Made by a program: the position numbers and the translations under genes
Source: an uncultured Elusimicrobia bacterium
GTDB lineage: Bacteria; Elusimicrobiota; Elusimicrobia; UBA1565; UBA9628
Assembly: GCA_964358065.1 (NCBI GenBank)
Contig: CAYHNV010000002.1
Span: forward strand, 1-54,760
Reading direction: 5' to 3'
DNA: 54,760 bases
Shown here: one piece after another, positions 32,679 through 41,411 of the stretch
Layout of the letters: each line of letters opens with the position of its first letter
Position numbering within the stretch: the first letter of the stretch is position 1
The notes under the pieces: model-generated
Database searches by the model: none
What the model saw: the letters and a program-made list of their open reading frames with translations, nothing else
What the model was told of the DNA's origin: nothing

Positions 32679-34334
32679 TCACTTGTGCGCGCCCAGCCAC
32701 CCGAAGCCGACGGTCTCCGGCGGGCTGAAGAAGGAATGGGGCCGGGAGCGCTCGAGGATCAGGACGTGCTCGTCATTGCGAATAATTTTGTGGGTACGTT
32801 CCTTGCGAACCAAGGTCTCCGTGATCTTCGCGATCATCGCCGCCGTCACGGGCGCGTTGCGCTTAATGTCTCGCGGGGAGATCATTAGGTCCGCGCGCAG
32901 GTCCTTCGCGGCGTCGGGCTCGAACGGGAAAACCGCGTCAGCGGCATCTTTCTGGATGAGCAGGTAATCCGTCAGATCGAAATAGTCGGGGAACTGCCAG
33001 ATATCCGTGCGGTTCAAGAAAAACCCGGGAATCTGATTATTGGTCAGATACGACAGGCTTTTGTCCGAGGGGAGGGCCAAGGCGGCGGCGATGACGGCCC
33101 GATTGGAGTGTTTCCCGCCGGCCAGGCCGCGCTCCAAGGTGTCGGCCTTCGCCTTCTGGCCGGCGAGTCGATAGATCGGAAGTCTCAGGCTGTTGGGGAG
33201 ATGCCCGGCCAACGCGCGCAGGGAGACGGCAAAAAAGAGGAGGCATGATCCGGCGATGGCATAGGTTCGCCGGTGGCCGGACATCTTCGCCTCCGAGTTC
33301 GGTCCGCCGATCGTCCGGAGTAGAGCGAGATAAACGAAGGAGAAGACCGGCAGCAGGTGATGGGCGCCGCCGACGACGAAGGACTCTCCCCAATGGGGCA
33401 GGGCTGGGAGAAGGGCCAGGCCCGCGATTTTAAGCGTTTGCTTCTTGTTTGGTCGACCGAAGAGGAAGGCACCGAGGAGAAAAGCGGGGAGGAGCGTGAG
33501 CGCGGGCAGCAAGGATTTTAGGTTTTCAAGCAGGAGGGCCAGATTCATGTGGAAAATTTCCTTGACGAGATGCATGGTCGTGGAGTCTTCCATGAGCCGG
33601 AGATGAATGCGGGAAGCCGGCTGCATCCAGAAGAGTGTCAGCGCGGTGTAGGGGATTGCCACGCAGGCGCCAAGCCACGCGAAAGACTTTCTTCCGGGCT
33701 CGAGCAGGAGGATGTAGGCCAAGAAGGCGATGGCGACCATGGCGGAATCCTCGGAGACCAAGCACAGCGCCGCGATGGCGAGGAGAAATAAATTCAGCTT
33801 CTTCGTCAGGAGGCAGTAATAGACAGCCAGAATCACGGGTCCCGCAAACAGCAGAAATTGGGCCATCTGTGCCATGATCGGCAAAAGGCCGCCGATCGCG
33901 AGCACGCTGAGCGCGAAGGCGATTTTGGGTCCGGAATCATCCGGGGAAAGCCGGCGCAGAATGAGGTGCGTAAAGAAGGCGCCGCCGATCAAGTTCCACG
34001 CGAAGATCAGCCCGTAAAGGCAGGCGGGAGTCGGATGAAACGCCCACAGATAAGCGAAAAGATACGGCAGCCAGTTCACGTGGATGACGTTTGCGTGGAT
34101 GAACGCATCCGGGTTGTGCGTGAAGCCCACCGAAACGCCTGCCAGGTCCGTGGCGTAGATGGAGCTTTGGAAGGGGCGTTCGTGGAGAAAGTTATAGAAG
34201 AGCTGGAGCGGCCACATGAATCCAAAGCCCGAGAAATTCGACAGTGTGGACTCGAGATTGAAGAAGAACGAGCCGTAGAAAAAAGACCCGATGAGCGCAC
34301 AGGCGGACGCGAACGCGGGGATGAATCGTCTCAT
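32679..34334 (-). CDS. large polytopic membrane protein, GT-C-like (DUF2079-like, uncertain) with a C-terminal soluble domain
   Basis: More than 10 hydrophobic helices over about 400 aa, then a hydrophilic tail of about 150 aa. HVNWLPYLFAYLWAFHPTP resembles the DUF2079 pattern. Confidence 0.5.
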   Translation of the reverse strand: MRRFIPAFASACALIGSFFYGSFFFNLESTLSNFSGFGFMWPLQLFYNFLHERPFQSSIYATDLAGVSVGFTHNPDAFIHANVIHVNWLPYLFAYLWAFHPTPACLYGLIFAWNLIGGAFFTHLILRRLSPDDSGPKIAFALSVLAIGGLLPIMAQMAQFLLFAGPVILAVYYCLLTKKLNLFLLAIAALCLVSEDSAMVAIAFLAYILLLEPGRKSFAWLGACVAIPYTALTLFWMQPASRIHLRLMEDSTTMHLVKEIFHMNLALLLENLKSLLPALTLLPAFLLGAFLFGRPNKKQTLKIAGLALLPALPHWGESFVVGGAHHLLPVFSFVYLALLRTIGGPNSEAKMSGHRRTYAIAGSCLLFFAVSLRALAGHLPNSLRLPIYRLAGQKAKADTLERGLAGGKHSNRAVIAAALALPSDKSLSYLTNNQIPGFFLNRTDIWQFPDYFDLTDYLLIQKDAADAVFPFEPDAAKDLRADLMISPRDIKRNAPVTAAMIAKITETLVRKERTHKIIRNDEHVLILERSRPHSFFSPPETVGFGWLGAHK

Positions 34335-34358
34335 TCGTCGATTATAGCCTTTGACCGG

Positions 34359-35534
34359 TCAGGTGAAGTTCCTCTTCCACCGTAGGAAAGGCGTTTCAAC
34401 GAAATGGAAGGAGAGCGCCGCGACGGCGGTCGTCGCGGCGAGCAGGACCGTGTCGCCCGCCAGCGCCCGGAGCAAGGCTGCGCCGCCGTTGACGGTCTCC
34501 TTTCGGAAGCAGCCTTCCGTGATCTGCCAGATCGGGAATGTGAATACATAAAGGCCGTAAGAGATCCGTCCAAGGTACGTCATGACCGGCGAGGCGAACA
34601 TCCCGCTCCCGCCGGAGATCCCCGCCAGGGCCACCTGAAGGATCATCGCGGCGGCGGCCAGCGAGACGATCGGGAAACCGATGACGTACATCTCCGGGCG
34701 TCCGGAGCGGCAGACGCATGCGCTGATGAGGATCGCGGTACCGGTGAGCCATCTCGCGGCCGGGGCGCTCAAGGCCGTTCGGACGTGGGCCGCGACGCCC
34801 GCCGGCGCGCCGTAGATCGGGTCCGAGGCGAACGCATCGGGGTGGCGCAGGTTGAGGTAGATGAGGCCGGCATAGAGTCCCAGCCCGAACTGCCCGATGC
34901 GCCAGACGGGGAAATCATACGCGCCTTCCCGGAAGAGGAGGAACGACAGCGGCAGCGCGATGCAGGGAAGCACGAGAAGCCGCAGGGCCGCGGCGCCCGA
35001 GAAGAACCGCAGTCTCCGCCGGTAGGCACCGAAGAGGAACAGCGGGAATGCGAGATAGAACTGCTCTTCGATCGCGAGGCTCCATGTGTGGGCGAAATAG
35101 AATGGCTGCGTGTCCGGGGAGAGGAATCGCGCGAGCGTCCTGGGTATGTTCGTCGTGTAGGTCGCGGCGTAGGCGATGTCGCGCAGCAGGCTGGAGCGCA
35201 GCTCCGGCTGGAACACACAGCGCGGGACGAGGAACAGGGCGAGCCCGAGCATCAAGGCCGGGATCAGCCCCAGGGCCCGCCGGACGTAGAAATTGCGGTA
35301 CTCGATCCGTCCGGTCGCCTTGATCTCGAGGATCAGGATGCTGGAGATGAGGAACCCGGAGAGGACGAAGAAGACGTCCACCCCGATGAACCCGCCGATG
35401 AAGAATCCGGTCTTCCGGTACAACAGCGTCGCGGTGTGGCTGTGCTGCCATATCACCAGCAGCACCGCAAGGGCCCTCAAGCCGTCGAGGGCGGGGTTGT
35501 GCTGGAATCTCAGCGTTGCTCCTGTCGCGCTCAT
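34359..35534 (-). CDS. acyltransferase_3 family O-acyltransferase
   Basis: Start MSATGATLRFQHNPALDGLRALAVLLVIWQHS at 35534 (ATGA overlap). About 10 TM helices. Confidence 0.8.
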   Translation of the reverse strand: MSATGATLRFQHNPALDGLRALAVLLVIWQHSHTATLLYRKTGFFIGGFIGVDVFFVLSGFLISSILILEIKATGRIEYRNFYVRRALGLIPALMLGLALFLVPRCVFQPELRSSLLRDIAYAATYTTNIPRTLARFLSPDTQPFYFAHTWSLAIEEQFYLAFPLFLFGAYRRRLRFFSGAAALRLLVLPCIALPLSFLLFREGAYDFPVWRIGQFGLGLYAGLIYLNLRHPDAFASDPIYGAPAGVAAHVRTALSAPAARWLTGTAILISACVCRSGRPEMYVIGFPIVSLAAAAMILQVALAGISGGSGMFASPVMTYLGRISYGLYVFTFPIWQITEGCFRKETVNGGAALLRALAGDTVLLAATTAVAALSFHFVETPFLRWKRNFT

Positions 35535-37231
35535 CCCTTCGGAGCCATCGCGTGCTCCGTCGTCTCGACCTTCTCGAACGCCGCGAGGTCGTGGGAGATC
35601 GCGATGACCAGCGTGTCGCGGCTCAAGGCCGAGATCGTTTCGACGAGTGTCTGCTTGGCCACGTCGTCCAGGCCATTGGTAACTTCGTCGAGGACGAGGC
35701 AGTCGGCGCGTTGGGCCAAAGTCGCGGCGATCGCCAGTCGTCGGCGCTCTCCGCCCGACAGCGAACGCCCCGCCTCGGCCACCTCGGCGTCCAGGCCGCC
35801 GAGCGCCTTGACGAAGGCCGCCGCCCCCGCCGAGTCGAGGCAACGCCAGAGCTCTTCTTCGGAGAGCTTGTTCCAGGGGTCGAGGTTGCGGCGCACGGTC
35901 CCGCGGAAGAGGAAGACGTCCTGCGTGACGTAGCCGATCTTCGCGCGGAATTTCCCGGCGTCATAGCGGCGTCCGGAGACGCCGATGAAGTGGATTTTGC
36001 CCGCGCTCGGCTCGTAGAGTCCCGAGATGAGGTTGGCTAAGGTCGTTTTCCCGCCGCCGGACTCTCCGGTGATGAGGAAAATGCGGCCGGAGGCGATCGA
36101 GAACGTATTCTCCCGGATGATCTTCTCCTTGTGAAAGGCGTAGCTGACGCGGTCGAGTTCAATTCCAACGAGCGTTTCGCCCAGAAATTCGCGCGGCGGC
36201 TGCTCGGCAATCATGCAGATCCTGCGTACCGGCGCGACGCAGCCGGAGAAGCTGGTGAGATTGCCGAAGGATCCGACCAACGTGCTGAGCTGCGAGATGG
36301 CGCGATAGCCCAGGATGCCGACGCTGCCCAGAACCGAGATCTGCGTTGCGATGCTTTGTCCCTGCCAGGTGGTCCAGATTGAGAACGCGACCAGCAGGAT
36401 CGGCAGGAGCAGGGGGCTGAAGGCGTTGATCAATCCGGTCATGGTGGCCACCTTGATTTCCGTGCGCGTGCAGTCTTCCTGGCTGAGCGACGCGGCTTCA
36501 AGGTGGGGGGCGAGATCGCCGAAGGCTTTGATCTGGAACAGTCCGGAAAGTCGTTCCGTGACGTCGCCGGCAAAGCGCTGGCGCCCCTGGGCGAAGAAAC
36601 CGGAAAGGGCGGCGTGTTTCAAATAGAGAAGTCTCAGGAGGAGACCGGCTGGAAGCGTGAGCGCGAGCATGATCAGGCTCAGCTTCGGGTTGACCATGAT
36701 GGCCATTAAGGCCAGGAACATGAAAGTGATCAGGGCGTAGAGCGTCCGCGCTCCCATGATGAAGTAATTGGAGAAGATCGAGGCTTCCTCCGTGACCGCG
36801 CCGACCCATTGGCCGACGTTGCCCTGGCGCAGGAACTCCCAGCGGCCGTGCATGACGCTGGCCAGGCAGTGCTCCTGGAGTGTCCGGCGGATGACGGCCT
36901 GCGCCGTGCCCTCCAGGCTTAGAATGGCCGCGGTCAGCGCCGCTTTGATGATGAACAAGACGCTGACCACGAGCAGTTGTGAACTGCTGTCAGCCATCAG
37001 GCGGGCGGGCAGCCAGCCCAGGAAATCGGCGCCCGTACTGCCGGGAGGCTGGAACCCGGCGCGGGCTGAGAAAACGTGGACGAGCAGGAGCCAGGCCATG
37101 CCGTCGGTGGCCGCGTTGAGCGGAGTCAGCAGGTAATAGCCTGACAGGAGGGCGGTCAGCCGCGGAGTCATCAGCTGCGCCTTACGCACCACCTCCCACG
37201 TCATGGTCCAGCGTGACAGTGTTCGTTCCAC
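35531..37231 (-). CDS. ABC exporter, fused TMD-NBD (MsbA/PglK-type)
   Basis: Six N-terminal TM helices. Walker A GESGGGKTT, signature LSGGERRRLAIA, Walker B CLVLDEVTNGLD. The start is GTG 37231 or ATG 37204. Confidence 0.85.
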   Translation of the reverse strand: MERTLSRWTMTWEVVRKAQLMTPRLTALLSGYYLLTPLNAATDGMAWLLLVHVFSARAGFQPPGSTGADFLGWLPARLMADSSSQLLVVSVLFIIKAALTAAILSLEGTAQAVIRRTLQEHCLASVMHGRWEFLRQGNVGQWVGAVTEEASIFSNYFIMGARTLYALITFMFLALMAIMVNPKLSLIMLALTLPAGLLLRLLYLKHAALSGFFAQGRQRFAGDVTERLSGLFQIKAFGDLAPHLEAASLSQEDCTRTEIKVATMTGLINAFSPLLLPILLVAFSIWTTWQGQSIATQISVLGSVGILGYRAISQLSTLVGSFGNLTSFSGCVAPVRRICMIAEQPPREFLGETLVGIELDRVSYAFHKEKIIRENTFSIASGRIFLITGESGGGKTTLANLISGLYEPSAGKIHFIGVSGRRYDAGKFRAKIGYVTQDVFLFRGTVRRNLDPWNKLSEEELWRCLDSAGAAAFVKALGGLDAEVAEAGRSLSGGERRRLAIAATLAQRADCLVLDEVTNGLDDVAKQTLVETISALSRDTLVIAISHDLAAFEKVETTEHAMAPKG

Positions 37232-37256
37232 GTGTCAGGCTATTGTATCATGATGC

Positions 37257-38237
37257 ATGGCCGAGGCGAGGGTGGCGGCGGATTGCGCCGTTTGCGGAGG
37301 CAGCCGCGCGGAACTCGTATTCCGGGCGCAGGATTCCGACGGCCTTTCCTCGGAGCCGTTCGGTATCGTCCGCTGTGCCGTATGCGGCATGGTCTACGTC
37401 AGCCCGCGCCCCGGCGGCGCGGATCTGGGCCGCTACTACGTCCGCGGCTACTACGACAAGCCGGGAGAGGATTCCGGGGGCGCGGGGCGCCGGCTGGGCC
37501 GGCTCTTCATGGCGGAGCGCGTCGCGAAGGCGGCCTGTGGGCTCCCCGCCGGGCGGGTCCTGGACATCGGCTGCGGCGAGGGGACGTTCCTGGCCGCGAT
37601 GTCCCGGCGCGGCTGGGACTGCTGGGGCGTGGAGGTGTCGGCCGAGGGGGCCGCGCGCGCGTCCGCGCGCCCGGGCCTGACTGTCCTGGCCAAGCCGCTC
37701 GAGGAGTGCGGCCTTGAGCCCGAGAGCTTCGACCTCATCACGCTGTGGCATTCGATCGAGCACGTGCCGGACCCTGCGGCGCTTCTGCGCCAGGTCGCAG
37801 CACTCATCAAGGACGACGGACGAGTTTTTCTGGCGTTTCCGAACGCCGCGAGCTGGGATTTAAGGCTCTTCGGCGCGCGCTGGTTCCACCTGGACCCGCC
37901 GCGGCATCTTCATTATTTTTCGCCGGAAACGATGAGCCGCGTTCTCAAGGAGTGCGGGCTCCGCGCGGTTCGTGTCAGCCATTTCTCGCTCGAGTACAAT
38001 CCGTTCGGTTTCGTGCAGAGCGTGCTGAACTTCGTGACGAGCCGGTTCAATTTTCTCTATCGGAAGCTGAAGGGTACGCTGCCGCTGGACGAAGCCGAAT
38101 CGGCGGGCGACCGCACCGTCACGATCGTTCTACTTCCGTTCCTGACGCTGCTGGCCGTTCCCTATTCGTTCCTGGCGGCTTTATGCGGGTCTTCGGGCTG
38201 CATCGACGTTCTCGCCGAAAAAGATGTCGCGCGCTGA
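37257..38237 (+). CDS. class I SAM-dependent methyltransferase with an N-terminal Zn-ribbon
   Basis: CAVCGG...CAVCG and VLDIGCGEGTFL. The C-terminal part is hydrophobic. Confidence 0.8.
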   Translation: MAEARVAADCAVCGGSRAELVFRAQDSDGLSSEPFGIVRCAVCGMVYVSPRPGGADLGRYYVRGYYDKPGEDSGGAGRRLGRLFMAERVAKAACGLPAGRVLDIGCGEGTFLAAMSRRGWDCWGVEVSAEGAARASARPGLTVLAKPLEECGLEPESFDLITLWHSIEHVPDPAALLRQVAALIKDDGRVFLAFPNAASWDLRLFGARWFHLDPPRHLHYFSPETMSRVLKECGLRAVRVSHFSLEYNPFGFVQSVLNFVTSRFNFLYRKLKGTLPLDEAESAGDRTVTIVLLPFLTLLAVPYSFLAALCGSSGCIDVLAEKDVAR

Positions 38238-38240
38238 GGT

Positions 38241-39155
38241 CTAGTCGAGGTGCGAGCGTTCGGGATCAAGGAAGAATACCGGTCGGCCGGTGACATTCTT
38301 GTAGGTGCGCGCGAGATAGAGCGAGAGCATTGGCAGGGCCAGCAGCAGGAAAAGAAACCCCATCACGCCGGCCAGGGCCCCGGCCTCGACCAGTGACATA
38401 CTCAGCGCGGCGGACAGCAACAGGTACGCGCCCCCGAAAGCGGCCGATAAATAAAAAATAAGGCGCAGGGGGAAGGTTGATGAGGCCAGAAAGCCGCCGA
38501 TGGCAAACTTCGCCATGCTGAAGAAGTTGTAGTGTGAGGTTCCGCGCAGGCGCGGCTGCCGGGCGTAGGGCACGCCTTCCATGCGCAGACCGACGTAGGC
38601 GAGCTCGGCGCGCAGGAATGGGAATGTCGTCTTGTTGGCCAGGATGTAGTCGCGCACCGGTCGGGTGAACATCCCGAACTCCGCCATCCACAGCTTGATG
38701 GGCCCATCGGCGATATGCCGGTTGACCCAGTAGAACAGCCAGCGGAAGAAGATCAGGTGGGGCGGCTCGGGGCGCTCGCTGCGGATGCCGTAAACGGTCT
38801 GCGCGCCGTTCGCGACGGCGGCGTGGAATTTCGCAAGCAGTTCCGGCGGGTCTTCGCCGTCGACGTCGATGATTGCGTAGAGGTCGGCGTCCGCGCTGGA
38901 GAGACCGGCGACGAGGGCGCAGTGATAGCCGAAGTTGCGCGACAGCGTGGCAACGCGCACGCGCGGGTCCTTCTTGCGGAGTGCCAGGATCTTTTCGAGC
39001 GTGTCGTCGGTGCTCGCGTCGTTGACGAAAAGGAGCGCCCAGTCGAGTGGAAGAGCGTCGAGCGTCTTCTTTGCGGATTCATAGAACGGCTCGACGTTGA
39101 CCGACTCGTTGTGGCAGGGCACGACGACAGCGAGCTTCTTTCGCGCGGTCACCAA
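38241..39155 (-). CDS. GT2 polyprenyl-phosphate glycosyltransferase (GtrB/ArnC-like)
   Basis: LAVVVPCHNE, LFVNDASTDDT, IIDVDGEDPP. Two C-terminal TM helices. Confidence 0.75.
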   Translation of the reverse strand: MVTARKKLAVVVPCHNESVNVEPFYESAKKTLDALPLDWALLFVNDASTDDTLEKILALRKKDPRVRVATLSRNFGYHCALVAGLSSADADLYAIIDVDGEDPPELLAKFHAAVANGAQTVYGIRSERPEPPHLIFFRWLFYWVNRHIADGPIKLWMAEFGMFTRPVRDYILANKTTFPFLRAELAYVGLRMEGVPYARQPRLRGTSHYNFFSMAKFAIGGFLASSTFPLRLIFYLSAAFGGAYLLLSAALSMSLVEAGALAGVMGFLFLLLALPMLSLYLARTYKNVTGRPVFFLDPERSHLD

Positions 39156-40105
39156 ACGACCTTGTTCTTGAAGTGGCGCACGATCTTCGGGATCTCGGCC
39201 TCGAAGCGGCGGCGGTTCTTCCAGCCGAGGGCGCGCAGGGCCGAGTCGTCGACGCCGTAGCGCACGTCCTCTCCCTGGCGCACGTAGGCGAGCTTCACAT
39301 GGGATTCGAGCGGCGTCGCGCGGCCGAAGTAGGCCTTCAGCACGAGCCGGACCACGTCCTTGTTGGCGTGCTCGCTGTTGCCCGAGATGTTGTAGACCGC
39401 GCCGAGCGTGCCCTTCTCGATGACCTTGATCAGCGCGTCGGCGGTGTCTTCGACATGGAGCCAGTTGCGGCGGCAGGTCCCGTCGCCGTGCAGGGGGATC
39501 TTCTTGCCGAGGACGAGGTGCTTGACGGCCTTGGGGATCAGCTTCTCGGGGTACTGGCCGATGCCGTAGTTATTGGTCGGACGTGCGATAATGAAGGGCA
39601 CGCCGTGCGTGCGGTGCCATGCCATTATCAGCATGTCGGCGGAGGCCTTCGATGCGGAGTAGGGATTGGAGGGCCTGAGCGCGTCCGTCGGCTTGTGCAC
39701 GCCGTCCTTGAGGTCGCCGTACACCTCGTCGGTCGAGAGCTGGAGAAGCGTCGGCATCTCGTAATGGCGCTTGGCGCGGATTAGTTCAAGCAGGTTCTGC
39801 ACGCCGAGGATGTTGGAATGCAGGAAGCGCGATGCGTCGACGATCGAGTTGTCCACATGCGTCTCGGCCGCGAAGTTGACCACGAAGTCCACGTCGTAGA
39901 GATGATCGAGCGTGGCGATGTCGGCCTCGCGGAACTCAAAAGTCTTCCAGCGGCGGAACTCTTTGAGCAACTCGGGGCACGCGGCGTAGGTCTTGCTGTC
40001 GATGCCCCACACGCGCCAGCCGCGCTTGAGTGCGGCGCGGGTGAAGTGCGAGCCGATGAAGCCGAGGCAGCCGGTCGCGCAGATTGTCTTGATCGGGGTC
40101 TTCAT
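39149..40105 (-). CDS. dTDP-glucose 4,6-dehydratase-like extended SDR
   Basis: ATGCLGFIGSHF, STDEVYGD, YSASKASADML. Confidence 0.75.
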   Translation of the reverse strand: MKTPIKTICATGCLGFIGSHFTRAALKRGWRVWGIDSKTYAACPELLKEFRRWKTFEFREADIATLDHLYDVDFVVNFAAETHVDNSIVDASRFLHSNILGVQNLLELIRAKRHYEMPTLLQLSTDEVYGDLKDGVHKPTDALRPSNPYSASKASADMLIMAWHRTHGVPFIIARPTNNYGIGQYPEKLIPKAVKHLVLGKKIPLHGDGTCRRNWLHVEDTADALIKVIEKGTLGAVYNISGNSEHANKDVVRLVLKAYFGRATPLESHVKLAYVRQGEDVRYGVDDSALRALGWKNRRRFEAEIPKIVRHFKNKVVW

Positions 40106-40106
40106 G

Positions 40107-41381
40107 TCAGTTGGCCGAAACGATCCGGGCCTCCGGGACGGGGAGCAGGAACTGGCCTGCGTACCCGGCGGCTTGGCAGCGCTGGCGTATCTCCTTCTCG
40201 AAATTCCAGGCGAGCAGCAGCAGACAATCGACTTTCGCCGACTTGAGAGACTCGATGCCGACGATCTCCATACGCGCGCCCGGCGTCAGGTAGCCCCACT
40301 TCTTAGGGTTGTCATCGATCGCGCGCGGCACGGACTGCGCATCGAGGCCGAAGAAATTCATCAGGGTGTTGCCCTTGGCGCTCGCGCCGTAGGCCCAGAC
40401 CGTCTTGTCCTGCGCGTTCAGCGCCTTGACGAGGCCGCGCAGGCGCTCACGGTTGTCGAGCACGCGCTTGGCGAAGGCGTCGTAAGCCCGCGGGTCCTTG
40501 ATGCCGAAATCCTCTTCCTTGCGCAGGGCTTCGGCCAGGCGCGCGGTGGGTTTACGCTCGCCGGCGCGCGCGACATAGGAGCGGATCGTGCCGCCGTGGA
40601 TGTCGGGGAAGTGCTCGATGTCGTAGAGCGCGAGGCCGGAGTTCTTCATCAGGGCCGCTAGCGGTGTCAGGCCGATGTAGGATACGTGCTCATGGTAGGC
40701 GGTGTCGAACTCGCTTTTCTCGATGAAGTCAACGAGGTATGGGCACTCGATCGCAAAGATTCCGCCGGGCGCGAGGCACGCGGCGACGCCGCGCGCGAAG
40801 TCGACAAGGTCGTCGGCGTGCGCGAAGACATTGGCCGCCGTGATCACCTTCGGGCGGCCCGCCTCCCGGGCGAGGCGCTCGGCGATGGGAACCGACCAAT
40901 AGTCGCACCAGGTCGTGAGCCCCTTTGCGTTCGCTTCTTTGGCGAGGTTCTCAGCGGGGTCGATTCCGAGCGGCTTGAGGCCGACCGCTTGGAACGCGGC
41001 GAGCAAGGTCCCGTCGTTGGAAGCGATATCGAGGGCGAGGTCGCCGGGCTTAGCTCCCGCGGCCTTCGCGACGGTCGCGGCGAACTCGGCGAAGTGTTCG
41101 CGGATCGTGGCCGTCGTCGCGCTGACATAGAGATAGTGCCGGAACATCCGGTCGGGGTGGACGACCTTGGTTAGTTGGGAGAGGCCGCAGTCCCGGCAAA
41201 GCTGAAGGCACAACTCCTCGGTGAATTCCGGCTCGGCGAGCGTCTTCTTGTCGAGGTAGGCGTTCGCCAGCGGCGTGCGCCCCAGGTCGAGGTATCGGTG
41301 CAGACAACCCGAGCCGCACATGCGGCAGGCGTTCACGTCGCGTGAAGCGAGGGCGTCGGGCATCAGGCTATTATACGACAT
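40107..41381 (-). CDS. NDP-hexose C-methyltransferase (TylC3-like, with Zn-ribbon and C-MT C-terminal domain)
   Basis: CRMCGSGCLHRYLDLGRTPLANAY, LDIASNDGT, VWAYGASAKGNT. The start is 41381 or 41363. Confidence 0.75.
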   Translation of the reverse strand: MSYNSLMPDALASRDVNACRMCGSGCLHRYLDLGRTPLANAYLDKKTLAEPEFTEELCLQLCRDCGLSQLTKVVHPDRMFRHYLYVSATTATIREHFAEFAATVAKAAGAKPGDLALDIASNDGTLLAAFQAVGLKPLGIDPAENLAKEANAKGLTTWCDYWSVPIAERLAREAGRPKVITAANVFAHADDLVDFARGVAACLAPGGIFAIECPYLVDFIEKSEFDTAYHEHVSYIGLTPLAALMKNSGLALYDIEHFPDIHGGTIRSYVARAGERKPTARLAEALRKEEDFGIKDPRAYDAFAKRVLDNRERLRGLVKALNAQDKTVWAYGASAKGNTLMNFFGLDAQSVPRAIDDNPKKWGYLTPGARMEIVGIESLKSAKVDCLLLLAWNFEKEIRQRCQAAGYAGQFLLPVPEARIVSAN

Positions 41382-41411
41382 GCGGCGGGGAGTGCTACAA
41401 TTTTCAGCTTG

